This document shows positions 1 through 8,817 of a stretch of DNA of 29,783 bases, piece by piece. A model generated the notes under the pieces. It saw nothing but the letters and a program-made list of their open reading frames with translations, was not told where the DNA came from and ran no database searches. The DNA is taken from positions 1-29,783 of the forward strand of contig JBHIAT010000025.1 in NCBI GenBank assembly GCA_046758705.1, in the 5' to 3' direction. This DNA comes from Candidatus Bipolaricaulia bacterium (GTDB lineage Bacteria > Bipolaricaulota > Bipolaricaulia > JBHIAT01). The position numbers were made by a program, and so were the translations under genes. Position 1 is the first letter of the stretch. Each line of letters begins with the position of its first letter.

Positions 1-2
1 CC

Positions 3-119
3 GAGTTTAAAGGTGAACTTGGACCTGGCAACTACAAGATTACGGGGATTCTGGTCGATCAACCGATACCGATATCAGCTAACATCGCTGTTTCGGTATC
101 AAATCCTCAAAGACCTTAG
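3..119 (+). CDS. Possible 3' end of a gene entering from the left edge (beta-rich C-terminal fragment)
   Basis: Open frame EFKGELGPGNYKITGILVDQPIPISANIAVSVSNPQRP* from the window edge to TAG 117-119. It overlaps the 3' end of the TrmH gene and is too short to identify. Confidence 0.35.
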   Translation, partial: EFKGELGPGNYKITGILVDQPIPISANIAVSVSNPQRP

Positions 120-609
120 AGACAGGGTAAAGTCGCAGTTTTACCGTGTAGGCGGCTATTCCAAACGCAACGGCGACATTGAGGGATTCTTTTTTGCCAA
201 GCATTGGAATCGCTGCAATGAGATCGGCACGCTTCAGGAGCCCGTTCGTGAGCCCATTGACTTCATTGCCAAGCATGAGCAACAGCGGAAAGTGAAGTTG
301 AGCGTCAAAGAGATTTTGACTTCCCGTCACGTTATTTTCCAGGGCAACGATGTAGAAGCCCTGTCGTTTTAATTCATCAACTCTCCGCCAGGCCTGCGTG
401 ACCTTCTCCCACGGCACCGATTCTTCTGCTCGGAGCGCCGTCTTTGATATTTGCGGGCGTGGTGGGTGTGCTGTATAGCCACCGAGAATGATTTTATCGA
501 CGCCCGCTCCATCGGCCGTTCTAAAAAAGGAGCCAACGTTGTACATCGAACGAATGTTATGTGCCAGGACCCAGAATTGGTTTTTTGATCTCTTGTGAGA
601 AGAAACCAT
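79..609 (-). CDS. TrmH/SpoU family (SPOUT) RNA methyltransferase
   Basis: Motifs HNIRSMYNVGSFFRTADG, LMLGNEVNGL and IPMLGKKESLNVAVAFGIAAY are the three SpoU motifs. Confidence 0.93.
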   Translation of the reverse strand: MVSSHKRSKNQFWVLAHNIRSMYNVGSFFRTADGAGVDKIILGGYTAHPPRPQISKTALRAEESVPWEKVTQAWRRVDELKRQGFYIVALENNVTGSQNLFDAQLHFPLLLMLGNEVNGLTNGLLKRADLIAAIPMLGKKESLNVAVAFGIAAYTVKLRLYPVSKVFEDLIPKQRC

Positions 610-812
610 TGATTAAATATTCACCACTATTGTATTGAATGTCAAATTTGACCGGCTGGGACCGTCTCGGCTTACTTGCTCCTCATTACCAAATCGACTT
701 CAAGTTCGGGTCATTTGTGGATTGCAACCAGAGGCGGTCGGCGTCATCGGTCCACAGGTGCTGGTGGTCGAGCGGTAGCGGTACAGGGTAACGTAGAGAA
801 CGGTCACAAACA

Positions 813-850
813 GGCCCGGGGTCGATAGGGGCTCTGGGCCTTCTTCTTTT
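813..850 (+). terminator. Intrinsic terminator-like hairpin with U-tract
   Basis: GGCCCGGGGTC-gatagg-GGCTCTGGGCC (11-bp stem with G-U pairs) followed by TTCTTCTTTT. Confidence 0.55.
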
Positions 851-863
851 GAAAAACTGGCCA

Positions 864-893
864 TTGACCGTGAACGGGATCTTTGACTACAAT
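864..893 (+). promoter_or_regulatory. Sigma-70-type promoter for the oxidoreductase
   Basis: TTGACC(864-869)-N18-TACAAT(888-893), followed by an AAGGA RBS before ATG 913. Confidence 0.6.
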
Positions 894-912
894 CTGAAAA
901 AAAGGCAAGGAT

Positions 913-2013
913 ATGTCAAACCAAACCATTCACATCGGGATCATCGGCACCGGGTTCGGCAGACGCGTGATGCTGCCCGCGTTCGCCGTCTGCGAGGGTG
1001 CAGAGGTTGTGGCCGTTTGCAGCGCGCGGCGCGAGAACGCGGAAGCCGCGGCGCGGGAGTACGGCATCTCCAGCATCTACACGGATTACGAAGCCATGAT
1101 GGATCACGAAGACTTGGATCTAGTGGCGATCACCACGCCGCCGCATCTCCACTGGCCCATGACCAAATCCGCCTTGGAACACAAACTCCATGTATTATGC
1201 GAGAAGCCCACGGCTTTGAATCTCGAAGAGGCGCGCCAGATGTACAACAGGGCTCAGCAGGCGGAAGTGGTTCATCTCATCGACCACGAGCTGCGCTTCA
1301 ACCCGACGCTTCTCAATCTGAAGCAGCTGATCGACTCGGGCTATTTGGGTGCACCGGGGAACGTGAGTTTTTCGATCCGGGGGCACTATCCCATGGTCAT
1401 GGACCCCAAACGGCCTTGGGACTGGTGGTTTGACGCGGCACGGGGCGGTGGACTGCTCGGTGCGGCGGGCTCCCATTATATCGATTTGCTGCGCTGGCTC
1501 CTTGGAGAATTTCGGCGCGTGAGCGGCTGCCTGCACACGTTTGTCAAGGAACGTCCGTTGGCCGACTCTGACAAGATGAAGCCCGTTACCAGCGACGACT
1601 ACTGCACGTTTATGGCAGAGCTGGAGTGCGGTGCGATCGGGACTATCACGCTGGACGCCACGGTGCGCATCCGTCCCCAGGACGGGCTCTGGCTCGTGGC
1701 CTTCCACGGCGAGGCCGGATCGCTCCTCTGGGACGGTCAGGCACGGCTTTGGGGCTTGCGGGACGATCAAGAGACTGAAGTTGAAGAGCTCACCCAACCG
1801 GACCCTGCAACTGAGATGCCTGGCCTGTCGGAAGGCGTCTTCCCCCCCTCGTTTGTGCACTTCAGCCGCCGCATCGTCGAGGCGTTGCAAAACGGGAAAA
1901 AGACCGTTGCGGGCGCGGCCACGTTCTACGACGGGATGCGCGTGCAGGCCGTGTTGGACGCTGTCCGCCGCTCTCACGAGCAAGGTGGCTGGGTCAAATG
2001 TTCGGTGCCGTAA
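913..2013 (+). CDS. Gfo/Idh/MocA family NAD(P)-dependent oxidoreductase
   Basis: Rossmann IGIIGTGFG, TTPPHLH, HVLCEKP and GGGLLGAAGSHYIDLLRWLLG. Confidence 0.95.
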   Translation: MSNQTIHIGIIGTGFGRRVMLPAFAVCEGAEVVAVCSARRENAEAAAREYGISSIYTDYEAMMDHEDLDLVAITTPPHLHWPMTKSALEHKLHVLCEKPTALNLEEARQMYNRAQQAEVVHLIDHELRFNPTLLNLKQLIDSGYLGAPGNVSFSIRGHYPMVMDPKRPWDWWFDAARGGGLLGAAGSHYIDLLRWLLGEFRRVSGCLHTFVKERPLADSDKMKPVTSDDYCTFMAELECGAIGTITLDATVRIRPQDGLWLVAFHGEAGSLLWDGQARLWGLRDDQETEVEELTQPDPATEMPGLSEGVFPPSFVHFSRRIVEALQNGKKTVAGAATFYDGMRVQAVLDAVRRSHEQGGWVKCSVP

Positions 2014-2056
2014 TGGAAGCCCTGACTTGACTGTTGAAGCCAAGGAGTCTACGCTG

Positions 2057-2965
2057 ATGTACGGACGAAGCCTCATGAGATTAACTGTGGTGTTGCTGCT
2101 CATCTTTGGACTCGGGCTTGGGGTAACGGCCCACGCCCAGGTCATCGAATACAGCAGTGTCGCCGCCCTGTTTGAGATCGGTATGGGTGCCCGAGCCCTG
2201 GGCATGGGCGGCGCGTTCACCGCCCTCGCTGACGATGAGACCGCCCTGTTCTACAACCCGGCCGGCTTACCTGCCCTCGACCACGGGGGCCTGATGTCTC
2301 TCTACAGCAACCAGTTTGGCATCGCCAATTACGGTGCGCTGGGCCTGGCGTCGCGGGGAGTGGGACTAGGTGCTCTGTATCTGAATGCGATTGGAATCAC
2401 CTATACCGACTTTGCTGGGATCGCTGCTTGGGGGAGGCCGGTGGGACCGTTGTCATTCGGGGTCAGGGGAAAGTACTACCAATCTCAGACAGACACAGTG
2501 AGCGGATCAGGCTGGTCCGTCGATATGAGCGGGTTGCTCAGGCTGGGACCGCTGCAGTTGGGGGCGATGGTCGAGAATCTGATAGCGGAGGACATTACTT
2601 ACACAACCGAGACCATCATACCCTGGCCTCAGCAGGTCCGTCTCGGGGCGGCCCTGGCGCTTGGCGCACTCAACCTGGCGGTTGATCTGCAAGGGGTGAC
2701 GTTCGCCGACCTTCAGGCAGGGCGGATCGGTGTCGCCGAAGCGGGACAGACGCTTCACTTCGGGGCGGAACTGAGGGTTGGTTCGTTCACCGTGCGGGCC
2801 GGGGAGTGGGCTCTGGTGGACCAGTTCCGGGGGGTGATCGACTTGCCCCTCAATCTGACCGTGGGAGCCAGCCTCAACCTGGGAACGTTCGTCCTGGACT
2901 ATGCGCTCCTGCTGCCGCCGGAGCTCCCGGATACGCAGCGGGTATCGTTGACCATTCGATTCTGA
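2057..2965 (+). CDS. PorV/PorQ-like (UPF0164/FadL-type) outer-membrane beta-barrel protein
   Basis: Start reassigned to ATG 2057 (RBS AAGGAG 2042-2047). Signal peptide ends AHA, then the family signature GARALGMGGAFTALADDETALFYNPAGL, alternating beta-strands and a C-terminal Phe (RVSLTIRF). Confidence 0.8.
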   Translation: MYGRSLMRLTVVLLLIFGLGLGVTAHAQVIEYSSVAALFEIGMGARALGMGGAFTALADDETALFYNPAGLPALDHGGLMSLYSNQFGIANYGALGLASRGVGLGALYLNAIGITYTDFAGIAAWGRPVGPLSFGVRGKYYQSQTDTVSGSGWSVDMSGLLRLGPLQLGAMVENLIAEDITYTTETIIPWPQQVRLGAALALGALNLAVDLQGVTFADLQAGRIGVAEAGQTLHFGAELRVGSFTVRAGEWALVDQFRGVIDLPLNLTVGASLNLGTFVLDYALLLPPELPDTQRVSLTIRF

Positions 2966-3003
2966 CCGGTCACCCTCCGACCGGCAGCTTAGACCCTGCG
3001 CTA

Positions 3004-3032
3004 TTTGCGTTCCCTACGAATTTTAGGATAAT
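3004..3032 (+). promoter_or_regulatory. Possible promoter
   Basis: TTTGCG/TTGCGT (3004-3010) with GATAAT (3027-3032), ahead of a strong AAGGAGGT RBS. Confidence 0.35.
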
Positions 3033-3055
3033 ATGAGTTGCAAAGGAGGTTACCG

Positions 3056-3412
3056 ATGGAACGTTGTAAACGATTTGGACTGTTAGGGATTGTGATCGCA
3101 ATCGCCATGATGGCGGTCGGGCCGCTCCCGGCTGTGGCACAGGAAGAGCCGGAGGTACCCCCGACACCATCCGTCGTCAATCTGCAGGAGACGGTGAACG
3201 ATCTGACCGAACAGGTGGAGGCGCTGCAGCAGACCGTGGACCGCCTGAACGAACAGCTGTCGAACGTATTTCAGACCGTCGTCGGTCGCACCGACAAGAT
3301 CGATGAACTCGATGACACCACCTCGACCAACTATACCATTGCGCTGGTGGCGGTGATCCTCGGAGGGGTTTCGCTGTTGGGGGTGGTGTTCGCCTTGGTC
3401 AGGCGACGGTAG
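3056..3412 (+). CDS. Exported coiled-coil protein with C-terminal membrane anchor
   Basis: ATG 3056 follows AAGGAGGT. Signal peptide ends AVA|QEE, heptad repeats LQETVNDLTEQVEALQQTVDRLNEQL, C-terminal TM helix plus RRR. Confidence 0.8.
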   Translation: MERCKRFGLLGIVIAIAMMAVGPLPAVAQEEPEVPPTPSVVNLQETVNDLTEQVEALQQTVDRLNEQLSNVFQTVVGRTDKIDELDDTTSTNYTIALVAVILGGVSLLGVVFALVRRR

Positions 3413-3452
3413 CAAACTCGGGTGCTTGAGTAACTGAATGGAATGGTGAGAG

Positions 3453-3481
3453 GGGAGGGCGGGCACGCTTCCCGCCCTCCC
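3453..3481. terminator. GC-rich hairpin between convergent genes (probable bidirectional terminator)
   Basis: GGGAGGGCGGG-cacgctt-CCCGCCCTCCC perfect 11-bp stem between the stops at 3412 (+) and 3513 (-). Confidence 0.65.
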
Positions 3482-3512
3482 TTCTGGGTGGGGGTGGCAA
3501 CTGGGACAGAAA

Positions 3513-4424
3513 TTAACCCTTATACTGGGCTTTCACCAGCTCTTCATGTTTCTTAAAATGCTTACGGAGCTTAGGATGTCTTAGCTTCTCCAACGCCTTG
3601 ATCTCGATCTGACGGACCCGTTCCCCGCTCAGACCTACGATCTTTCCCACCTCCCTGAGCGTCTTTGATTGCCCGTCTCCCAACCCGTAGCGCAGCTCCA
3701 GGATCCTGCGCTCCTTGTCGCTCAACCGGCTGAGCGATCGATTCAGATCCCGCTTCAACAACTCCTCAGATCCGTGATCGCTTGGGGATGGAGTGTTGCG
3801 ATCCTCGATGAACTCGACAAACAACTCGTCCCCATCGTCACCGACGGGTTGGTCGAGGGAGGCGATCTCACGGGGAATCCGTTCGATGGCCCACAGACGT
3901 TCCATCGGGATATCCAGCTCATCGGCGAGCCGATCAGAGTCGACAGGCTCTTGATACTCCTGCAGGTGAGCTTGTTTCGCCTGCTCCACCTTCTTGATAT
4001 CCCCGGTGACGTGGGCCGGAATCCGGATCGTCCGTGACTGGTTATCGATTGCTCGGATGATTGCCTGACGGATCCACCACGTCGCATAGGTGCTGAACTT
4101 AAAGCCTTTACGCCAGTCAAACTTCTCGACCGCTCGGATGAGCCCGATATTCCCCTCCTGGATGAGATCCGAGAGGGGGAGATCGTGTCCGAGGTAGCCT
4201 TTAGCGATGCTGACGACCAGGCGGAGGTTGGCGAGGATGAGTTGCTGGCGGGCGTCGTCATCCCCTTGCTCCGCCTGTCTGGCGAGTTCCAGCTCCTCAT
4301 CTCTGGAGAGGAGTGATACTCGACCGATTTCTTTGAAGTAGATAGTGATCGGATCCCTGGCCTTGGACCCCCCGTTTGAACCATTCGATTTGGATTTGGA
4401 TCTGGTTCGAGCCTTCGTTTCCAT
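3513..4424 (-). CDS. RNA polymerase sigma-70 factor, RpoD/RpoS-like, lacking region 1.1
   Basis: Region 1.2 [16 protein letters not shown], region 2 [42 protein letters not shown], region 4 [20 protein letters not shown]. Start set at METK (GGGGTG RBS); 4463 is an alternative. Confidence 0.92.
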   Translation of the reverse strand: METKARTRSKSKSNGSNGGSKARDPITIYFKEIGRVSLLSRDEELELARQAEQGDDDARQQLILANLRLVVSIAKGYLGHDLPLSDLIQEGNIGLIRAVEKFDWRKGFKFSTYATWWIRQAIIRAIDNQSRTIRIPAHVTGDIKKVEQAKQAHLQEYQEPVDSDRLADELDIPMERLWAIERIPREIASLDQPVGDDGDELFVEFIEDRNTPSPSDHGSEELLKRDLNRSLSRLSDKERRILELRYGLGDGQSKTLREVGKIVGLSGERVRQIEIKALEKLRHPKLRKHFKKHEELVKAQYKG

Positions 4425-4500
4425 GGCGTTCACCCCACTTCCACGGTTAGGATCACGATCCATGCTTTGGTTCCAGTTTATGTCGTAGCATAGTGGTCGT

Positions 4501-4518
4501 CTGTAACGTCTCTTACAG
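4501..4518. promoter_or_regulatory. Operator-like palindrome CTGTAA-N6-TTACAG upstream of the sigma factor
   Basis: CTGTAACGTCTCTTACAG. A minus-strand TATGCT (-10-like) lies at 4487-4492. Confidence 0.5.
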
Positions 4519-4613
4519 TTATGCCCGTTAATCGGTGGAAAGACCATAGAAGGAAGGTGAAAGGCGAGTGGAATTTTGGGGAAAAGTTCGAGAAAACCCG
4601 GCTGTTTCGACCC

Positions 4614-5726
4614 TTAAGGTTGATGAAGCTCCGTCGCGGGATAAAAGGCGGTCCAGGCGAACCAGAAGTGGCCCGGCGCGTTGATCGGTTCGAGGTTTGC
4701 CTCGCCCGAGATCGACTCCCCGGTGAACCGCCATTCCCTGTCCGAGCGATCGAACAGGCGTTCCTCGCGCAGTTCAAAGCTCAGGACCTCGCCGTCGAGC
4801 TCTCGCCGGAAGATCCGAACGCCTCCGGTCTCCGGATCCTGGACGATTAGGATGGGAACGCTGCCGACCTCGTCGTTGATCAACTTGACTCGCTGGATCG
4901 TCTCCTCCGCATAAGCCTTCGGAACCCCATCGACCAGTGCCCCGTAGACGATCGCCTTCGGATGGAGCTGGTTGTCGTTGAACCGGACCCCGAATCCGAC
5001 CTGGGAATTGGTATCATAACTTCCATAGGGATTGCCCCGGTAGGCAAACGATGGGTAGATGCCGGTCTCCCGAGACAGCACCAACGAGTCAGGCCAAGCG
5101 CGCTTCCAGTTCTCCCACGGGACGATGTCGGTGGGCACGACGTCGAGCTTCACCCCGGTCAACGACCCGACGATCGCCCTGCCCAGCAACTGGCCCCAGT
5201 AGCTTTCTGTCTGGCGATCGTACATGACCAGATCGGAGTTGAAGAGCTTTCCCGAGACCCCGAACTCGAGCACGACATCTTCTACCGTCCGTTTGAAGGT
5301 GAGACCGGAGCGACACAGTGGGCAGTAGGTGACCGCGACCGGCTCCCCAGCGAAATCGTCGTTGACGATCTCATGGAGGTTCAAGATCTTAATGGGATAG
5401 GCCTTTACAACGCCGTTGAGGCGAACCCCGATCACCAATTCATCGTCCCCTATCCAGCGGTCTGCCTGCTGGATCGACACGAATTTCGGCCGGTCGATCG
5501 ACGGAATGCAGTCCCGTCCCGGACACCCCTGCAGCAAATTTGAGGGATGGATCAGATACTTCGTTCCGTTGGGAAGCTGGTTGATCTCTGCGCTGTCGTC
5601 CACGCTGATCACCTCTCTAAGCGCTTCAAAGTTTTGCCCTTGGGAGCGGGCGGAGATCAAAGCGGCCGTCGCAACGGCGGCCGAGATTAAGATTACGGTT
5701 GCAACGATCTGTATCCTCTCTGACAT
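4614..5726 (-). CDS. DUF3179 domain secreted protein (paralogue 1)
   Basis: N-terminal hydrophobic helix; IPSIDRP, AYPIKILNLHEIVND, TYCPLCRSG, FGVSGKLFNSDLVMYDRQTESYWGQ, FWFAW. Confidence 0.9.
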   Translation of the reverse strand: MSERIQIVATVILISAAVATAALISARSQGQNFEALREVISVDDSAEINQLPNGTKYLIHPSNLLQGCPGRDCIPSIDRPKFVSIQQADRWIGDDELVIGVRLNGVVKAYPIKILNLHEIVNDDFAGEPVAVTYCPLCRSGLTFKRTVEDVVLEFGVSGKLFNSDLVMYDRQTESYWGQLLGRAIVGSLTGVKLDVVPTDIVPWENWKRAWPDSLVLSRETGIYPSFAYRGNPYGSYDTNSQVGFGVRFNDNQLHPKAIVYGALVDGVPKAYAEETIQRVKLINDEVGSVPILIVQDPETGGVRIFRRELDGEVLSFELREERLFDRSDREWRFTGESISGEANLEPINAPGHFWFAWTAFYPATELHQP

Positions 5727-5751
5727 CAGCCGCCCTGTCTCCTTGACCCCA

Positions 5752-6354
5752 TTAACTTTCCAACTTTCTAACTTTTAAACTTTTAACTGTTATCCGGGTC
5801 AGCAGGGAAGCGATGAAATAGACCCACAGAACCTCAAAACCGATCTTAAACAGGCCAACCAGGAACCCGAGTGTCGGTAGGTTCAAGGTGTACCTATAGA
5901 ACAGCTCCAGCTTGAAGGCCATTGGCCCCAAGCCACGCAATGGAAACAACAGGATCCAGCTGAAGACTCCCCCGATCCCCCCCACCGGCAGATAATACAG
6001 GAGGGCGGTCACCGCCAGGGCCACGGCGAAGACCACGATCAGCCGGGGACGCTCGTGAACGGATCGCTTCAGCCCGGCGACGACCTGCAGTCCGATCCCT
6101 CGGTCATAGGTGCTGAGACGCTTGACGATCCGATACAAATAGTTGGCAATGATTCCCGCTATCAGGATCAGGATGAAGCTGAACAGTGAGAGATCCTGCA
6201 CCGCGACCCAGACGAAGCTCACCGCGAAGAAACCCATCACCCACAAAGCCGCGCCGATCAAGATCAGTAAGATCCGGTTGACAGCCTCGGCATGTCGGGA
6301 GATCGGCGCGCTTAGGTGCTGATGCTGATCTTCAGCGGCCTTCACGGTAGACAT
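5752..6354 (-). CDS. Multi-pass membrane protein of unknown function
   Basis: About 5-6 hydrophobic segments. Start set at MSTVK (ATG 6354), overlapping the upstream DUF3179 stop region. Confidence 0.7.
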   Translation of the reverse strand: MSTVKAAEDQHQHLSAPISRHAEAVNRILLILIGAALWVMGFFAVSFVWVAVQDLSLFSFILILIAGIIANYLYRIVKRLSTYDRGIGLQVVAGLKRSVHERPRLIVVFAVALAVTALLYYLPVGGIGGVFSWILLFPLRGLGPMAFKLELFYRYTLNLPTLGFLVGLFKIGFEVLWVYFIASLLTRITVKSLKVRKLES

Positions 6355-7405
6355 CGGTCTGCGGGAATGCGACAACCCAGGCGAACCAGAAGGTGTTAGA
6401 TATCGGGATCCGCTCCAGGCGGTCCCCGGCCCGTGGGCCCGAGATCGCCTCTCCCCTGAGGTCCCAAGCGCTCCCCGTTTCCAGATCACGGATCTGACCG
6501 TCTTGGAGCGTGAACTCGATCCTCGTCCCGTTCAGGTGTGGATCGAAGACCGCACCTGAGAGCGCTGCCTCACGGACGAAGACCACCACGTCTCGTCCGC
6601 CGACGGTGTCATGGATCACCCGATCCCCCAGCTGGGTGATCGAGTACGCCTTCCACTGATCGCCGATCTCCAGACCGATGACGGTCTCCTTGGGCCGCAG
6701 CCGGTCATCCCGGATAGAGACCGGAAACGCCGGCCTGCTGTTCACTCGGTTGTACCCCTGAAACTCGTAGATATCGATGGCGTAAGGACGTTCGTAGCCG
6801 GTGCTCAGCGACAAGACCTGGGTATCCGGATAGAGTTCGAGCCAATCGCTCCAGAGCATCATATTGGACGGCAGCACCTTCATCCGCTTGCCGTGCAGTT
6901 TCCCGGTGATCGCCTCGCCACGGATCTGGAACCAGTAGCTTTCCGTCTCTCGATCATACATCACCATGTCACTCTCGAACAGCGCGCCGGTGTTCCCAAA
7001 CGAGAGTAACTGTCCGTTGTTGAGATGGCGCTCAAAGACGATCCCCGACCGGCACAGCGGACAGTAGGTGACCACCACCTCCAGCCCGCCGATCGTGTCG
7101 TTGACGATCTCGTGCCAATTCATGATGCGGATCGGGTAGGCACGGGCGTCTTCGTTCCACTCGAACCCCAGTATGATGTCATCGTCGTCCAGCCAGCGAT
7201 CCGCCTCGGCCGCCGTCACGTACTCCGGTGTGTCAAGCGGCGGGATGGCATCCTTGGGGACGTCGGGGATGATCTTACTCGGGTCGAGGTGGTTGGCCCG
7301 AGCCGGTCCCCGTCCAAACACCAGCCCAAACACCAGGGTCAAAGCGATCAAAAACAGCGGTACCATGATCTTCCTGTTTCTGCTTCTCCTGATCCGGTGT
7401 CTCAT
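6332..7405 (-). CDS. DUF3179 domain secreted protein (paralogue 2)
   Basis: Basic N-region and signal peptide; PKDAIPPLD, NWHEIVND, TYCPLCRSG, FGNTGALFESDMVMYDRETESYW, FWFAW. Confidence 0.9.
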   Translation of the reverse strand: MRHRIRRSRNRKIMVPLFLIALTLVFGLVFGRGPARANHLDPSKIIPDVPKDAIPPLDTPEYVTAAEADRWLDDDDIILGFEWNEDARAYPIRIMNWHEIVNDTIGGLEVVVTYCPLCRSGIVFERHLNNGQLLSFGNTGALFESDMVMYDRETESYWFQIRGEAITGKLHGKRMKVLPSNMMLWSDWLELYPDTQVLSLSTGYERPYAIDIYEFQGYNRVNSRPAFPVSIRDDRLRPKETVIGLEIGDQWKAYSITQLGDRVIHDTVGGRDVVVFVREAALSGAVFDPHLNGTRIEFTLQDGQIRDLETGSAWDLRGEAISGPRAGDRLERIPISNTFWFAWVVAFPQTDVYREGR

Positions 7406-7408
7406 CTT

Positions 7409-8590
7409 CTACTGTGCACCTCCAAACAGCTCAGTCTCAGGATGGAACGCGACCCAGGCGAACCAGAACGCTGGAACCCCGACGATCTCCTCCAATTGTG
7501 TTCCTGAAAGCTCCCCGGAGATGCCTATGCCGGTGAAGTCCCAGGTCGAGCCGGTGGTTCGGTCGACCAGATTACCGTCGACGAGTTCGAACTCCAGGGG
7601 TTCTTCTCGTCCGGCGAGCTGACGGTCGAAGAACTTCAGTTCACCGGCCGGGGTCTTGACCACCAGGATCGGGGTCTCACCCACCTGGTCGTTCAACAGC
7701 GCCAGCTCAGCGAACGCCGTCTTGGCGTAGGCTTTCGCGCCCCCGTCGACGGCGATTCCGATCACATCGTCCTTCGCCTGGAGCCGTTCGTCAAAGAACG
7801 GCACCCCAAAGCTTGTGCTACTCCCAGCCTCAGGATTCTGCAATCGGTAGCTCGCGTACGGGTCGGTATCGTAATCGCGAGGGAACAGGCCAGCTCCCTC
7901 GATCGGTTGGGTCGGGGCCCCACCCAACACGTCACCGAACTGGGGCCGATCCAGCACAATCGTATTCGGATGCTCATCCCGCCACAGTCCCCACGGGACG
8001 AGGTCGACTGGGATTCGGTGCAGCACGCCGATCTCGCCCACCAGCGGACCGACGATCGTCTCCCCGGTGATCTGAGACCACAGCGAGAACGTCACCCGAT
8101 CGTACATGATCAAGTCCGATTTGTACAGGCTTCCTGAGGTCCCGAACCGGGCGATTTGGAGTTCACCATCTGGGCCTTCGAGCTCCGGGGCGATAAACAC
8201 CACCCCAGAGTTACATAGCGGACAGTAGGTGACCACGACCATCTCTCCGTCAAAATCGTCGTTGACGACCTCGTGCCAGTTGAGAATCCGAATCGGATAA
8301 ACCTTCGTTGTTCCGTTGTGACGGACCCCCATCACCAGGTCAGCCAGGAACAGCCATTCATCCGCCTCAGCAGCCGATATAAACCTGGGTACATCGATCG
8401 ACGGAATGGAATCCGGAGGAAGCAGCGACAGGAACTGATCCAGTTCCAGAGCCGAAAGATATTTGGTTCCACGCTCGGTGGTAGCAATCTGCTCCTCGGT
8501 GGCGATTCGTTGGTGGTCCGCCAGTCCGCTCCACGATAGGAGCATAACCAGCAGGACGACCCCAGTGATCAAAGCAAAACGGTTCGTCAT
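7409..8590 (-). CDS. DUF3179 domain secreted protein (paralogue 3)
   Basis: Signal peptide; PPDSIPSID, NWHEVVND, TYCPLCNSG, FGTSGSLYKSDLIMYDR, FWFAW. Confidence 0.9.
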   Translation of the reverse strand: MTNRFALITGVVLLVMLLSWSGLADHQRIATEEQIATTERGTKYLSALELDQFLSLLPPDSIPSIDVPRFISAAEADEWLFLADLVMGVRHNGTTKVYPIRILNWHEVVNDDFDGEMVVVTYCPLCNSGVVFIAPELEGPDGELQIARFGTSGSLYKSDLIMYDRVTFSLWSQITGETIVGPLVGEIGVLHRIPVDLVPWGLWRDEHPNTIVLDRPQFGDVLGGAPTQPIEGAGLFPRDYDTDPYASYRLQNPEAGSSTSFGVPFFDERLQAKDDVIGIAVDGGAKAYAKTAFAELALLNDQVGETPILVVKTPAGELKFFDRQLAGREEPLEFELVDGNLVDRTTGSTWDFTGIGISGELSGTQLEEIVGVPAFWFAWVAFHPETELFGGAQ

Positions 8591-8662
8591 TGCACCCCTT
8601 TTCTGAATCTCATCTTCAAATTAAACCAACTACATACTACCTATCCAGGTTTTCCAAATAAT

Positions 8663-8676
8663 GTAAGCTAGCTTAC
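8663..8676. promoter_or_regulatory. Perfect 14-bp palindrome GTAA-N6-TTAC in the divergent promoter region
   Basis: GTAAGCTAGCTTAC. Confidence 0.5.
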
Positions 8677-8700
8677 GATCCCTCCCGTCGTCACTAACAC

Positions 8701-8736
8701 TTGAGACAAACAGCGGATTGGCGTAATAATTATTAC
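8701..8736 (+). promoter_or_regulatory. Putative ccdA promoter overlapped by a second GTAA-N6-TTAC palindrome
   Basis: TTGAGA(8701-8706) lies 17-18 nt before TAATAAT. The perfect palindrome GTAATAATTATTAC is at 8723-8736. Confidence 0.5.
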
Positions 8737-8817
8737 TGTAGGGGTGCTTACAGACGGGAGCCGGAGAACGCGATACCATCAGGGCAGTATGGAACTGAAG
8801 GGAGGGAGGAGGCCAAG

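Noticed and set aside
1631-2056. N-terminal 142 aa of the 444-aa ORF 1631-2965
   Set aside because: Overlaps the oxidoreductase in another frame; the RBS and signal peptide point to ATG 2057.
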